DNA of 64,000 nucleotides from an uncultured Gammaproteobacteria bacterium (GCA_964523905.1 CAZFYQ010000004.1:31535-95534), one strand, 5' to 3'. Counted from the stretch's first letter, positions 15,925 through 24,697 are shown. Notes: generated by a model from the letters alone, not told the origin. Translations and numbers: made by a program.

Positions 15925-15996
15925 GGCAGTATTTTAACAAGCCATTTTGGATTTGTCTTGTTGCAAAGTTGGAAAAATCGTGTAGAATAATTTTAA

Positions 15997-16635
15997 ATGA
16001 ACAGAAATGTGATCTATGCGATAGTAGTCGCGCTAATAGTTTTAGGAATTGGTGGGTTTATGGTATTAGGTAATAAATCATCCAAGCCAGCCACTACTAA
16101 TCAACCACAAGCTGAGGCTGCTTCCCCAACTCCTAGCAGTGAGTTTAGCTTAAAGGAATTGATTGCCGCTGGTGGATCTAAAAAATGTACGTTTACTTTA
16201 AAAGATAATACCTCCAGCGGTACTACTTTTATTGGTAACGGCAAGATGCGGGGAGATTTTTCTGTTAATACTGGCAAAACCCCAATTGCCTCGCATATGA
16301 TTGTAGATGGAACCACTGCCTATATTTGGACAGACAATCAGGCCATGGGTTTTAAAATGGACTTTTCAGCTATGGAAAAGCCAGCTGTTTCCGGTACACC
16401 TTCTCAAAGTAATGTGGATGTCAACCAAAAGGTTAACTATAACTGTAGCCCTTGGACTGTTGATGCCTCAGAATTTGTGTTACCAAAGGGAATTGATTTT
16501 AAAGACATGAGTGCCATGATGCCAAAAACCACTGGTAGCGCCGGTGGCTCCCCAACTATGGATAAGTGTAGTGCCTGTAACTCCTTAACCGGTGATTCCA
16601 AAACCCAGTGTCTAAAAGCTTTGTCCTGTAACTAA
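15997..16635 (+). CDS. membrane-anchored secreted protein with Cys-rich C-terminus, hypothetical
   Basis: N-terminal TM (IYAIVVALIVLGIGGFMVL), T/S-rich linker, C-terminal CSACNSLTGDSKTQCLKALSC. Confidence 0.4.
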   Translation: MNRNVIYAIVVALIVLGIGGFMVLGNKSSKPATTNQPQAEAASPTPSSEFSLKELIAAGGSKKCTFTLKDNTSSGTTFIGNGKMRGDFSVNTGKTPIASHMIVDGTTAYIWTDNQAMGFKMDFSAMEKPAVSGTPSQSNVDVNQKVNYNCSPWTVDASEFVLPKGIDFKDMSAMMPKTTGSAGGSPTMDKCSACNSLTGDSKTQCLKALSCN

Positions 16636-16638
16636 TCT

Positions 16639-17469
16639 TTGATTACGTCAACGAATGAGTTTATTAAAAACCCGATATACCTATCCTATACTGGATTATC
16701 AGATTTTCTAAAATGTCCGCGTAGCTACTATTTAAAAAACATTTACAAAGATTCTAAGAGAGGTTTTAAAATACAAATTATTTCTCCCTATTTAACCTTG
16801 GGATCCACAGTTCATGATGCGATTAAGTGGTTTCTGGAAATGAAAGGGGAGCCGACTAGGGATGAACTGGAGGCTAAATTTCGTAATTTATGGTTAAAGT
16901 ATCAAGGTAAAAGAGGGGGGTTTGATTCTCGTGAGCAGGAGGCAGAATTTGGTCAAAGGGGACTGAAGATGCTAAATAATTTCTTCCAAAACTGGACAGT
17001 TTTAGAACCAGCGGCTCCTGATTTAACTTTTCCTAAATATAATTTGGTAGATAATGTTATCTTGTTGGGCAACTTTGATTTTGTAGGAGAGCTTCCGGAT
17101 GGTACTTTGCATATTGTAGATTTTAAAACCGGGGCTAAAGATGAGGAATCCACCACCCAGCTATACATTTATGCCATTTTGGCAGAGGCAAATTACCAAA
17201 AGCCGGTTTCCAAAGCTTCATTTTGGTATTTAGATAGAGATGACGGGCCTCGGGAAATAGTCCTGGATCCTCTGGATAATCAGATTAAATGGTTACAGGA
17301 AAAAGCCAAGGAGTTAAAACAAGTTTTGGAAAAAGGCGAATGGGTTTGTTATAAATCCCCGGAGCTATGCCGTGATTGTCAGGCCTATCAGGATATTTTA
17401 GATGGCAAAGGCGAATGGTTATTCTCAGATTTCAGATACAAAAAAGAGATTTATTATTTAAAGAGATAG
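16639..17469 (+). CDS. PD-(D/E)XK family nuclease (Cas4/RecB-like) with C-terminal Cys cluster
   Basis: LHIVDFKTGAKDEESTTQLYIYAILAE (D..K/QxxxY core), N-terminal CPRSYY and C-terminal CYKSPELCRDC suggest an Fe-S/Zn site; 4 nt after the upstream gene. Confidence 0.6.
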   Translation: MITSTNEFIKNPIYLSYTGLSDFLKCPRSYYLKNIYKDSKRGFKIQIISPYLTLGSTVHDAIKWFLEMKGEPTRDELEAKFRNLWLKYQGKRGGFDSREQEAEFGQRGLKMLNNFFQNWTVLEPAAPDLTFPKYNLVDNVILLGNFDFVGELPDGTLHIVDFKTGAKDEESTTQLYIYAILAEANYQKPVSKASFWYLDRDDGPREIVLDPLDNQIKWLQEKAKELKQVLEKGEWVCYKSPELCRDCQAYQDILDGKGEWLFSDFRYKKEIYYLKR

Positions 17470-17472
17470 AGT

Positions 17473-18414
17473 TTATTTCTTTACTGGTTTATCAACGAAA
17501 ACATAAAACTGCCTGGTTGCCGGTTCTTGTATTTGGTGGGCAGCTATAAGTTGTCGACGTAACTCTGCACCTATTTTTTTGGGAAATTTCATTTTATTCA
17601 TAAAGTAGAGTTTTTTAAGAGCAGTTTGGGCTGCTTTTTTATCAATAAACTCCATAGTATGCCCGATTTTACTAGATTCTTCAGAATGCCTGCCAATACT
17701 ATCAACAATTCCTTCTAATGGGTAGGAAAAGCCTTGAAGTTCCATTGCGACTAGTCCTGTTACCTGTGCTACTTCCGGTCCAAATCTGGAATATGCTTGA
17801 GTGACAGAATTCCGAGCATATTCCAATGGTGAATATTCAGATGAATGAAGGTAATTAGCTTTTCCGATAATTGCAGTGTAAGCTCTGGCAGTTTCCGGAT
17901 CCCTTAAGTTAATACGATCAACGCTTGGAGCATTAGCTGGTTTTAGCCACTCAGCAGCTGTTCCAAAAGCAATTACCATCCGGGCATTCTGACCTAAAAC
18001 TTGTCGTGGGTCTTCTGAAGATGCGCCAAACCTTCCAGTTATTAGTTCTGGTCGAGTAACCGGGGTACCTCTGTAGATCTCATCAAGTAATATTCCATCA
18101 AAAATACTAAATCCACGAACTTTTTTAAAAGCAGCTTCTCTGGCTTCTTCATCGCTCATCTTTTCTAATAATTCATCTGGGACTCCTCTGCGACTTAAAA
18201 TTTCACCGTACAAAGATCGACGCAAAGTAACTATGTTTTCTTCTACCTCAACTTCTTCTAAGCCATTTCTCATTTTCCGTTTAACTATTTCTTCAGTTCT
18301 TTGAAAAGGAACACCGCGGACAAAAGTAGGGGTCGGTTCAGCTTGTAATAAATCTACAAGACCACCGGAATCAATTGGTTGGAGAAGAGCCTCTATTTCT
18401 GTTTGCATGAGCAC
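17473..18414 (-). CDS. hypothetical protein (313 aa), co-oriented and downstream of ligT
   Basis: No recognisable motif; 27-nt gap from ligT stop; GC-richer by eye. Confidence 0.35.
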   Translation of the reverse strand: MLMQTEIEALLQPIDSGGLVDLLQAEPTPTFVRGVPFQRTEEIVKRKMRNGLEEVEVEENIVTLRRSLYGEILSRRGVPDELLEKMSDEEAREAAFKKVRGFSIFDGILLDEIYRGTPVTRPELITGRFGASSEDPRQVLGQNARMVIAFGTAAEWLKPANAPSVDRINLRDPETARAYTAIIGKANYLHSSEYSPLEYARNSVTQAYSRFGPEVAQVTGLVAMELQGFSYPLEGIVDSIGRHSEESSKIGHTMEFIDKKAAQTALKKLYFMNKMKFPKKIGAELRRQLIAAHQIQEPATRQFYVFVDKPVKK

Positions 18415-18441
18415 GAGTTATACCAGAAAACTATCCTGTAG

Positions 18442-19002
18442 TCAAATAAGTTTAATTTCTGCAAGGGTATTATGTTTGTGGAAGCTGCCGTCTGGGGCTG
18501 ATTCAAATAGTTTGATAGAAGAAATGATAATTGGATCAAAAGACTGAGCCATCATTTTTTCTAAATCTACTTCCAGGCCGCGGTTTATTTTAAAATTATT
18601 AGCCAGCTTTGCAATAGTAATATGCGGAGTAAATCGTCTTTCATCAACCGGTAAATTAAGTGCTTCCAAGCCATCTTTAATCGATTCTCTAATTAGTAAA
18701 ATTTTATCAATATCTCCTTTTACCCCTACCCATAATACTCCGGGGTGGTGTAGATTTGGGAATCCATCAATATAGGCCGGGGTGACTTCAAAAGGAGGGA
18801 CTCCTGCAGCAGATTTTTTGATCACTTCTACTAATGCCGGTTTTAAATTGTCATTTTGTTCTCCCACAAAGGCCAAAGTTAAATGAATTTTGTCTACATC
18901 CGTTAATTTTGCTTGAGGAATTAAAGTGCGCAAAGAGCTTTGAATAGCTTGAAACTGCAGTAAATTCTCACTCGGTATTTCCAGTGCAATAAAGAATCTC
19001 AT
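18442..19002 (-). CDS. ligT: 2H phosphoesterase (RNA 2',3'-cyclic phosphodiesterase / 2'-5' RNA ligase LigT-ThpR family)
   Basis: Two H-x-T-x motifs: HLTLAFVG and HITIAKL; 186 aa. Confidence 0.75.
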   Translation of the reverse strand: MRFFIALEIPSENLLQFQAIQSSLRTLIPQAKLTDVDKIHLTLAFVGEQNDNLKPALVEVIKKSAAGVPPFEVTPAYIDGFPNLHHPGVLWVGVKGDIDKILLIRESIKDGLEALNLPVDERRFTPHITIAKLANNFKINRGLEVDLEKMMAQSFDPIIISSIKLFESAPDGSFHKHNTLAEIKLI

Positions 19003-19111
19003 GATCTAAAATTTTAAGGTTGATTCTTTGCGACCTTCGGTCTTAAAAAAATCGCATATCTGTACAAAGACAGTTTATCATAAAACTTGACAAGCATATA
19101 AATTTAGGTAG

Positions 19112-20977
19112 ATGATGGAATATAGATTCGAATTTATGGCAGTAACTGCGGAAGCTGTAGAAGTAGGACAAAATTCCAGCCCTTTGCTTGGTCTACCTGG
19201 ACCTTCCTTTCCAACTGAGCCCACATTTTTTGAAAGAATTGGTAGGGAAGATTTAAAGGAGGTAATTACCCCTCAGTCTCCTTGGGTGCTGCATTCCTTA
19301 GAGATTTATTTAGATGGAGATGGATTTCGAGGTGGGGGCGGACTTGGGATTTTAATGGGCGATATGATTCGGATGGCAGACAGGTTTGGCATCCCTACGA
19401 GAGCTTTTTCTGTAATGTACTCAACTACTTCACATCAGGTTTTAGATAATGGTTTATGGCAAGAGGATCAATATGTTGAGGAATCTCCCAGGCAAAGAGG
19501 ATTTCAATCAGTGGGTGAATACTCACTTGGAGTAAATAGTCACCATGTAGAGATGGATATGTATAAGGCTGCAGGAAGGGATATTTTTGGTCCTTTTGAG
19601 CCTGGAATTAACTCTTTATACTTTGGTTCTCCTGATAGTGACCATAGGCTTTATCAACAGGCAGCTGAAGGTTTTGCAAATTATTATGTTGAGAAGGAGT
19701 CAGGAATAAAGCCGGCAGTAGATCATTTGCAAGAAGTAGGTACGGCTTTAATTGCTTTAGCAAAATTTGATGATTTATGTGATCAGGGGTTAACTGTGGA
19801 TGATGCCATTACTACCCTTCAAAAAGACATTGTATTAACTAATCACACCATAGTTGCTGCTGCAGCACCAAGGTATTCTAAATGGCAGTTTGAGCACTAT
19901 GTATTTTCTAATATGAGAAGCGAGCAAGCTAAAACTTGGTTAGGAGATCTAATAGACAAAAAAGGAGGAACTTTAGATATGAGTACCTTAGCGCATACAT
20001 TTGCTGGTAGGTTTAATGGCGTAAGCATAATGCATGCAGCCATTGCTTCCGGCCAATTTGGCCGGGCCGATAATACAACTGTTGATTATTTTGAGCCAAT
20101 TACCAATGGTATTGACCTTGAAAGATGGACCAGCCCGGATTTCTATGATTTTTACCAGAGTGCAGAGATAATCGATAGGTTTGATTTGCCTGCAGATGAT
20201 TATAGTGAAAAAATAGCGGCTTTAAATGCAGGAGAGTTGAGGGCAATGAAGGATAAAGCAGGAAGCGAATTGCGTACGTATCTTAGAAGTAGAGTTGATC
20301 AGTATGGTCAGAGTGTGCAGGTTCCTGATGATGCTAAGATTGCTTGTTGGACAAAAAGACTTGCCGGCTATAAAAGACCGGATATGTTATTTGAAAATGT
20401 AGATGAGTTAAAAGAAACTTTGGAAGAAGAAAATGTGCACATACTTTTATCCGGGAAAGCACATCCGGAGGATCAAGGGATGAAACGTAATTTGCAAGAT
20501 TTGTTAAGGAAAGTGGATCAAGACCCAGTGCTAAAGGAGAGAGTCCACTTTATACAGGATTATGATGAAGAGTTAGCATCACCATTGGTTGCAGGAGTAG
20601 ATATTTGGTTTAACACACCTACGGTTGGGAAAGAAGCCTGTGGAACTTCTTGGATGAAAGCACTTACTAATTTAGCCATACTTATTTCTACTGAGGACGG
20701 AGGAGTGGCGGATGTAAAGCCTGCTCATTATCTTCAGATTGAAGGAAAAAATTATGACGAGGAAAAACAGTCACTTAGTAGTCAATTTAGGAAAGCAGCT
20801 AAGTTATTAAGATCTAAAGATGTAGAATGGGCAGATTTAGTCAAGGATCAGCTTTCTGCATATTTACCTACAATTTCAGGAGCTAGAATGTGGGCAGATT
20901 ATCTAAATTTTGTTTTTCCTTTGAAAACAGAAGTTCAAACAACTGATATAAAGCAGGAAGTAGCAGAAATAGCTTAA
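19112..20977 (+). CDS. divergent alpha-glucan phosphorylase-like protein (GT35 family)
   Basis: GGGGLGILMGD (cf. GGLGVLAGD), LTNHTIV, TNGIDLERW, and EACGTSWMKALTNLAILISTEDGGV aligning with the PLP-lysine region EASGTGNMKFxLNGALTIGTxDGANVE. Confidence 0.55.
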   Translation: MMEYRFEFMAVTAEAVEVGQNSSPLLGLPGPSFPTEPTFFERIGREDLKEVITPQSPWVLHSLEIYLDGDGFRGGGGLGILMGDMIRMADRFGIPTRAFSVMYSTTSHQVLDNGLWQEDQYVEESPRQRGFQSVGEYSLGVNSHHVEMDMYKAAGRDIFGPFEPGINSLYFGSPDSDHRLYQQAAEGFANYYVEKESGIKPAVDHLQEVGTALIALAKFDDLCDQGLTVDDAITTLQKDIVLTNHTIVAAAAPRYSKWQFEHYVFSNMRSEQAKTWLGDLIDKKGGTLDMSTLAHTFAGRFNGVSIMHAAIASGQFGRADNTTVDYFEPITNGIDLERWTSPDFYDFYQSAEIIDRFDLPADDYSEKIAALNAGELRAMKDKAGSELRTYLRSRVDQYGQSVQVPDDAKIACWTKRLAGYKRPDMLFENVDELKETLEEENVHILLSGKAHPEDQGMKRNLQDLLRKVDQDPVLKERVHFIQDYDEELASPLVAGVDIWFNTPTVGKEACGTSWMKALTNLAILISTEDGGVADVKPAHYLQIEGKNYDEEKQSLSSQFRKAAKLLRSKDVEWADLVKDQLSAYLPTISGARMWADYLNFVFPLKTEVQTTDIKQEVAEIA

Positions 20978-20981
20978 AATA

Positions 20982-21011
20982 TTGACAAGCAGATAAGTAC
21001 CCCGCTATAAT
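20982..21011 (+). promoter_or_regulatory. sigma70-like promoter TTGACA-N18-TATAAT driving the riboswitch leader
   Basis: Hexamers read directly at 20982..20987 and 21006..21011. Confidence 0.5.
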
Positions 21012-21014
21012 CAT

Positions 21015-21163
21015 TTTAAATCAAGAGTGGTAGATAGAGTATTGGCTCGTTAAGCTACCCAGCAACTGATTCGGCTAAGCCGAACACAGTGCTACACCCA
21101 ACCCGCAAGGGAGGATTTGGTCTTAATGACAAAAGTGAGCCTCCCTTTATGGGAGGTTTTTTG
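21015..21163 (+). promoter_or_regulatory. SAM-I (S-box)-like riboswitch candidate with intrinsic terminator and antiterminator
   Basis: aaATCAAGAGtGG.. (P1/J1-2), GGTAG..CTACC (P2), CAGCAAC (J2-3/P3), TTCGGC-taa-GCCGAA (P3), GTGCTAcaCC (P4 start), CCC-GCAA-GGG, P1 closing GATTT; terminator CCTCCC-tttat-GGGAGG-TTTTTT at 21140..21162; GGGAGG at 21109..21114 can pair with the terminator 5' arm. Confidence 0.55.
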
Positions 21164-21173
21164 TGGAGAAAAT

Positions 21174-21935
21174 ATGTTAGATAGAGATTTAGGTGACGGA
21201 CAATTAAATACAGATGCAATATTAAAAGCAACTAGGGGTACTACTGTAATTAGTGAAACCCTGCCTGTTTCTAAAGATTATTATATTGGTCCGGAGTCTT
21301 TTGAAAAAGGTTATCACAGACATTGGGGAACTCTAAGAAGGGTAAACAGCTTAGAGTTTTTTTTACTGACTGACCGGGATTTTTTTGATATTAATACAAT
21401 ATTTTCTCATCTGCCACGTAAATTAATAGAATTTTATCTAAGTTCAGAGGATAGAACGGATCAGGTAAGAATACTAGATGCGGGGGGCGGAAGGGATGGA
21501 AAGACTGCAAAAGAAATTGCTGGTAAATATTCTCAAACGCAAGTTATAAATGCTGACTTAGTAGCAATACCTGATATTGATAATAATTTTATTTCTATTA
21601 GAACCGATTTAGGTAATTTACCATTAGCAGAAGAATCAATTGATCTTGCATACTCACACCAAGTACTACCCTTCATGTTAAGTGAAAGATATCCGGATAA
21701 ACAACTGCAAGCAGTACAAGGAATTGTTCGGATATTAAAGCCAGGGGGAGTTGGTTTAATTGACTGGACAGATCAGCCAGCAGTGGGAGATGCTACCTTA
21801 AATGAAATAGAAGACTTTGGAGTGACAGTTATTCCCCAACAAAAAAGTTATGGTGGAGTATTTCTCTTTATTGCCAAAGAACCAGCTCAACCAGTTGTTT
21901 CATCAATGAGTTCCTATTTACAGATTCCAGCTTAG
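21174..21935 (+). CDS. class I SAM-dependent methyltransferase (start moved downstream of the riboswitch terminator)
   Basis: ATG 21174 preceded by GGAG SD; motif I ILDAGGGRDG, motif II DLAYSHQVLPF, motif III ILKPGGVGLI; the ORF-track start at 21117 would include the terminator hairpin. Confidence 0.65.
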   Translation: MLDRDLGDGQLNTDAILKATRGTTVISETLPVSKDYYIGPESFEKGYHRHWGTLRRVNSLEFFLLTDRDFFDINTIFSHLPRKLIEFYLSSEDRTDQVRILDAGGGRDGKTAKEIAGKYSQTQVINADLVAIPDIDNNFISIRTDLGNLPLAEESIDLAYSHQVLPFMLSERYPDKQLQAVQGIVRILKPGGVGLIDWTDQPAVGDATLNEIEDFGVTVIPQQKSYGGVFLFIAKEPAQPVVSSMSSYLQIPA

Positions 21936-22049
21936 GATTGAAATGTAGACTCGAAAATGGTATATTACTAGTGACCGAGTGGATGCCGACCCACAGGTAA
22001 TCAGTCCTGGCTTAAGCATTCTTCAGTTGTTTACCAACCTCGGTCTTTT

Positions 22050-22427
22050 TTATTTCTTTAACTTCTCATTAGTAAACTTAATAAGCTGATGAAGTTCAAT
22101 AGGTAATGTTTGTAGTTCGGCTAGAATGTATTCATATTGTTCTTTGGTTAGTAACTTTCTGATTCTTGATTTCTCATTCCAATCCAGGCTTTCTTTAGCA
22201 GAACCAAAACTATAGAAATAGAATTTAACTTTATCCTTTTTACCAAATCTGCCAAATCCCTCTGCGATATTAGCTGAAATTGAATCAATTGCAGTTACAA
22301 ATTGGAGTCCTACAGATTGCTTTTCAAACCATTGCCAGTTCATAACAATAGACCAGACATAATTTGAAAGTAAGAAAGCTCTTTTATAGCAGCTAATATC
22401 ATTTAACTTGAGGTATTTTTTATCCAC
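22050..22427 (-). CDS. four-helix-bundle protein (23S rRNA intervening-sequence protein family), GTG start
   Basis: DSISANIAEGFGRF and YSFGSAKESL, the family's two conserved helices; 125 aa. Confidence 0.65.
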   Translation of the reverse strand: MDKKYLKLNDISCYKRAFLLSNYVWSIVMNWQWFEKQSVGLQFVTAIDSISANIAEGFGRFGKKDKVKFYFYSFGSAKESLDWNEKSRIRKLLTKEQYEYILAELQTLPIELHQLIKFTNEKLKK

Positions 22428-22442
22428 TTGCCTATTGTTTCT

Positions 22443-22474
22443 TTAACAATTTAACAATACAACAATATAACAAT
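22443..22474. repeat. 8-nt tandem repeat (ttaacaat, ttaacaat, acaacaat, ataacaat) upstream of the four-helix-bundle gene
   Basis: Read directly in the 55-nt gap between ahcY stop and the four-helix-bundle gene start. Confidence 0.7.
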
Positions 22475-22482
22475 TATTATCT

Positions 22483-23742
22483 TTAAGTGCCTTCGTTCCA
22501 GGAAGCTAGGTACTTTTTTTGATCGGCAGTTAAGATATCAATTTTAATGCCTAAGGATTCTAATTTAAGCTGGGCGATCATGTTATCTAGCTCTTTTGGA
22601 ACAGTATAAACCCCTGGTTTTAGTTGGCCTTTCTTTTCAAGTAGGTATTCTGCTGCAAAGGCCTGGTTGGCAAAGCTCATATCCATTACATCCGGTGGAT
22701 GGCCTTCAGCAGAAACTAAATTAATCAGTCTACCCTCTCCTAAGACAAAAACCTTTTTACCTCCGGGTAAAACTAGTTCTTCTAATTGATGTCTAAGCAG
22801 TCTTCTACTTTTGGCAATTTTAACCAGGCCATCATAATCAAATTCCACATTAAAGTGGCCGGTATTAGCCACAATTGCTCCGGGTTTTAGGTTTTTTAAG
22901 TCTGCTAAAGAAATAACAGATTTGTTACCAGTGGCAGTACAAATAATATCAGCCACCTTTACTGCAGAGGCAATTGGCATTACTTCAAATCCATCCATTG
23001 TAGCCTCCAAGGCCCGAACTGCATCTACCTCTGTGACAATTACTTGCGCCCCCATGCCTTTGGCCCGGGCAGACAGTCCCTTACCACACCATCCATAACC
23101 TACCACTACAAATTTCTTGCCGGCCAACAGAACATTAGTGGCCCGGATAATTCCATCAACAGTTGATTGTCCGGTGCCGTATCTATTATCAAACATGTGC
23201 TTAGTATCAGAATCATTAACCGCTACTACTGGGATTTTTAAAGTACCGTCTTTTAACATGGCCCTAAGTCTAATCACTCCGGTGGTAGTTTCTTCAGATG
23301 AACCAATAACCTCTGTTAATTGAGATTTTCTTTCAGTATGCAAAAGAGTTACTAAGTCTGCTCCGTCATCCATAGTAATTTGGGGATGAAAATCCATTAC
23401 CTGATTTAAGTGTTTATAATAGGTATCTTTATCTTCTCCGTGAATGGCAAAAGTAGGGATATCATAGTCAGCCACCAGTGAAGCAGCCACTTCATCCTGA
23501 GTAGACAGCGGATTGGAGGCACAAAGAACCACATTGGCACCACCAGCTTTTAAAGCAATGACTAAGTTGGCGGTTTCAGAGGTAACATGTAAACAAGCAG
23601 CTAAGGTAATTCCTTTAAGTGTCTTTTCTTTTTCAAAGCGTTTTTTAATTAGCTCTAACACTTTCATCTGAGAGCCGGCCCATTCAATTTTTAATTTTCC
23701 GGCTTTGGCCAGTTTTAAATCTTTAACATCACTCTTTATCAT
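22483..23742 (-). CDS. ahcY: adenosylhomocysteinase (SAH hydrolase)
   Basis: 419 aa; NAD-binding VVVGYGWCGKG, HFNVEFD, C-terminal KLKLESLGIKID. Confidence 0.9.
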   Translation of the reverse strand: MIKSDVKDLKLAKAGKLKIEWAGSQMKVLELIKKRFEKEKTLKGITLAACLHVTSETANLVIALKAGGANVVLCASNPLSTQDEVAASLVADYDIPTFAIHGEDKDTYYKHLNQVMDFHPQITMDDGADLVTLLHTERKSQLTEVIGSSEETTTGVIRLRAMLKDGTLKIPVVAVNDSDTKHMFDNRYGTGQSTVDGIIRATNVLLAGKKFVVVGYGWCGKGLSARAKGMGAQVIVTEVDAVRALEATMDGFEVMPIASAVKVADIICTATGNKSVISLADLKNLKPGAIVANTGHFNVEFDYDGLVKIAKSRRLLRHQLEELVLPGGKKVFVLGEGRLINLVSAEGHPPDVMDMSFANQAFAAEYLLEKKGQLKPGVYTVPKELDNMIAQLKLESLGIKIDILTADQKKYLASWNEGT

Positions 23743-24671
23743 AGGTTAATTTGTTCTCCAAAATTCTCTTTATATCTGTCTGAGAATTCTTGGACGGTAA
23801 ATCTATGTGATGTTGTACCATAATTTTCCACTGCATAACAAGATGCAATTGCGCCCATTTGCCCGCAGATTTTTAAATCAAAGTTTTTAGATAGTCCTGC
23901 TAAAAATCCGGCCCGATAGGCGTCTCCGGCTCCAGTTGGATCAACCACCTGTTTTGGTTTTGCAGCTCTCACCTCAATAGTTTGATCTTTGGTTTGAATA
24001 ACCGATCCCTTTTCTCCTAGGGTTGTAATAACTATTTTGGCATTTTCCAAAAGATTTGCCATTTGCCATTTGAGTTTTGACATTAGAAGTTCTACTTCGT
24101 AATCATTGCCAATTAAAATTTCTGCTCCCTTAATCATCATTTCTAAATCCTCTTTTTGCAAGCGGGGTAGTTGCATGCCCGGATCCATCATATATTTAAT
24201 TCCTTTTTCCTGACATTGGTTGGTAAAGGCAGTCATGGCAGCAGGATCATTAGGAGAAATTACTACCATTTCCGAAGTTCCATCTATTAATAAAGAAGAG
24301 TTATCTTTCATGGCTCCGGGATAAAAAGCCGTGATTTGATTATCTGATTGATCAGTCATAATAAAAGCAGAAGAGGTTGACTCATCAGGGATTATTTTAA
24401 TTTTTGAGATATCAACACCAGACTGTTCTAAAAATTTTCCGTACTGCGAAAAATCATTACCAACAGCGCCCACAATAGAAACAGGAGTTTTTAACAGCCC
24501 TAAGTTATAGGCAATGTTTCCAGCAGTGCCACCTTTTTGTTTGTTTAAAGTATTAACTAAAAAAGATAAATTAATTTGATGAATTTTATCCGGCATAATA
24601 TGGTCGCCAAACTTCCCTGGAAAATCCATAATAGTGTCATATGCAAGTGAGCCGGTAACAGTAATCATCAT
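23739..24671 (-). CDS. PfkB-family carbohydrate/nucleoside kinase (adenosine kinase-like by context)
   Basis: GGTAGNIAYNLGLL and DPTGAGDAYRAGFLAGL (PfkB signatures); overlaps ahcY start by 4 nt. Confidence 0.75.
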   Translation of the reverse strand: MMITVTGSLAYDTIMDFPGKFGDHIMPDKIHQINLSFLVNTLNKQKGGTAGNIAYNLGLLKTPVSIVGAVGNDFSQYGKFLEQSGVDISKIKIIPDESTSSAFIMTDQSDNQITAFYPGAMKDNSSLLIDGTSEMVVISPNDPAAMTAFTNQCQEKGIKYMMDPGMQLPRLQKEDLEMMIKGAEILIGNDYEVELLMSKLKWQMANLLENAKIVITTLGEKGSVIQTKDQTIEVRAAKPKQVVDPTGAGDAYRAGFLAGLSKNFDLKICGQMGAIASCYAVENYGTTSHRFTVQEFSDRYKENFGEQINL

Positions 24672-24697
24672 AGCTATTATATAGTATAATTAGAATA

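Noticed and set aside
19029-19052. Hairpin gcgaccttcggtc followed by an A-run upstream of the phosphorylase-like gene
   Set aside because: The T-tract is on the wrong side for a terminator on either strand relative to the flanking genes. It is probably an incidental small hairpin.
21117-21173. ORF-track start at 21117 for the methyltransferase
   Set aside because: These 57 nt contain a canonical intrinsic terminator hairpin with a T-tract. They are better explained as the riboswitch expression platform. ATG 21174 has a proper GGAG Shine-Dalgarno.
24672-24697. Searched for an SAH riboswitch upstream of the pfkB-ahcY operon
   Set aside because: Only 26 nt of non-coding DNA exist upstream of the operon, too few for an aptamer. 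None was found.
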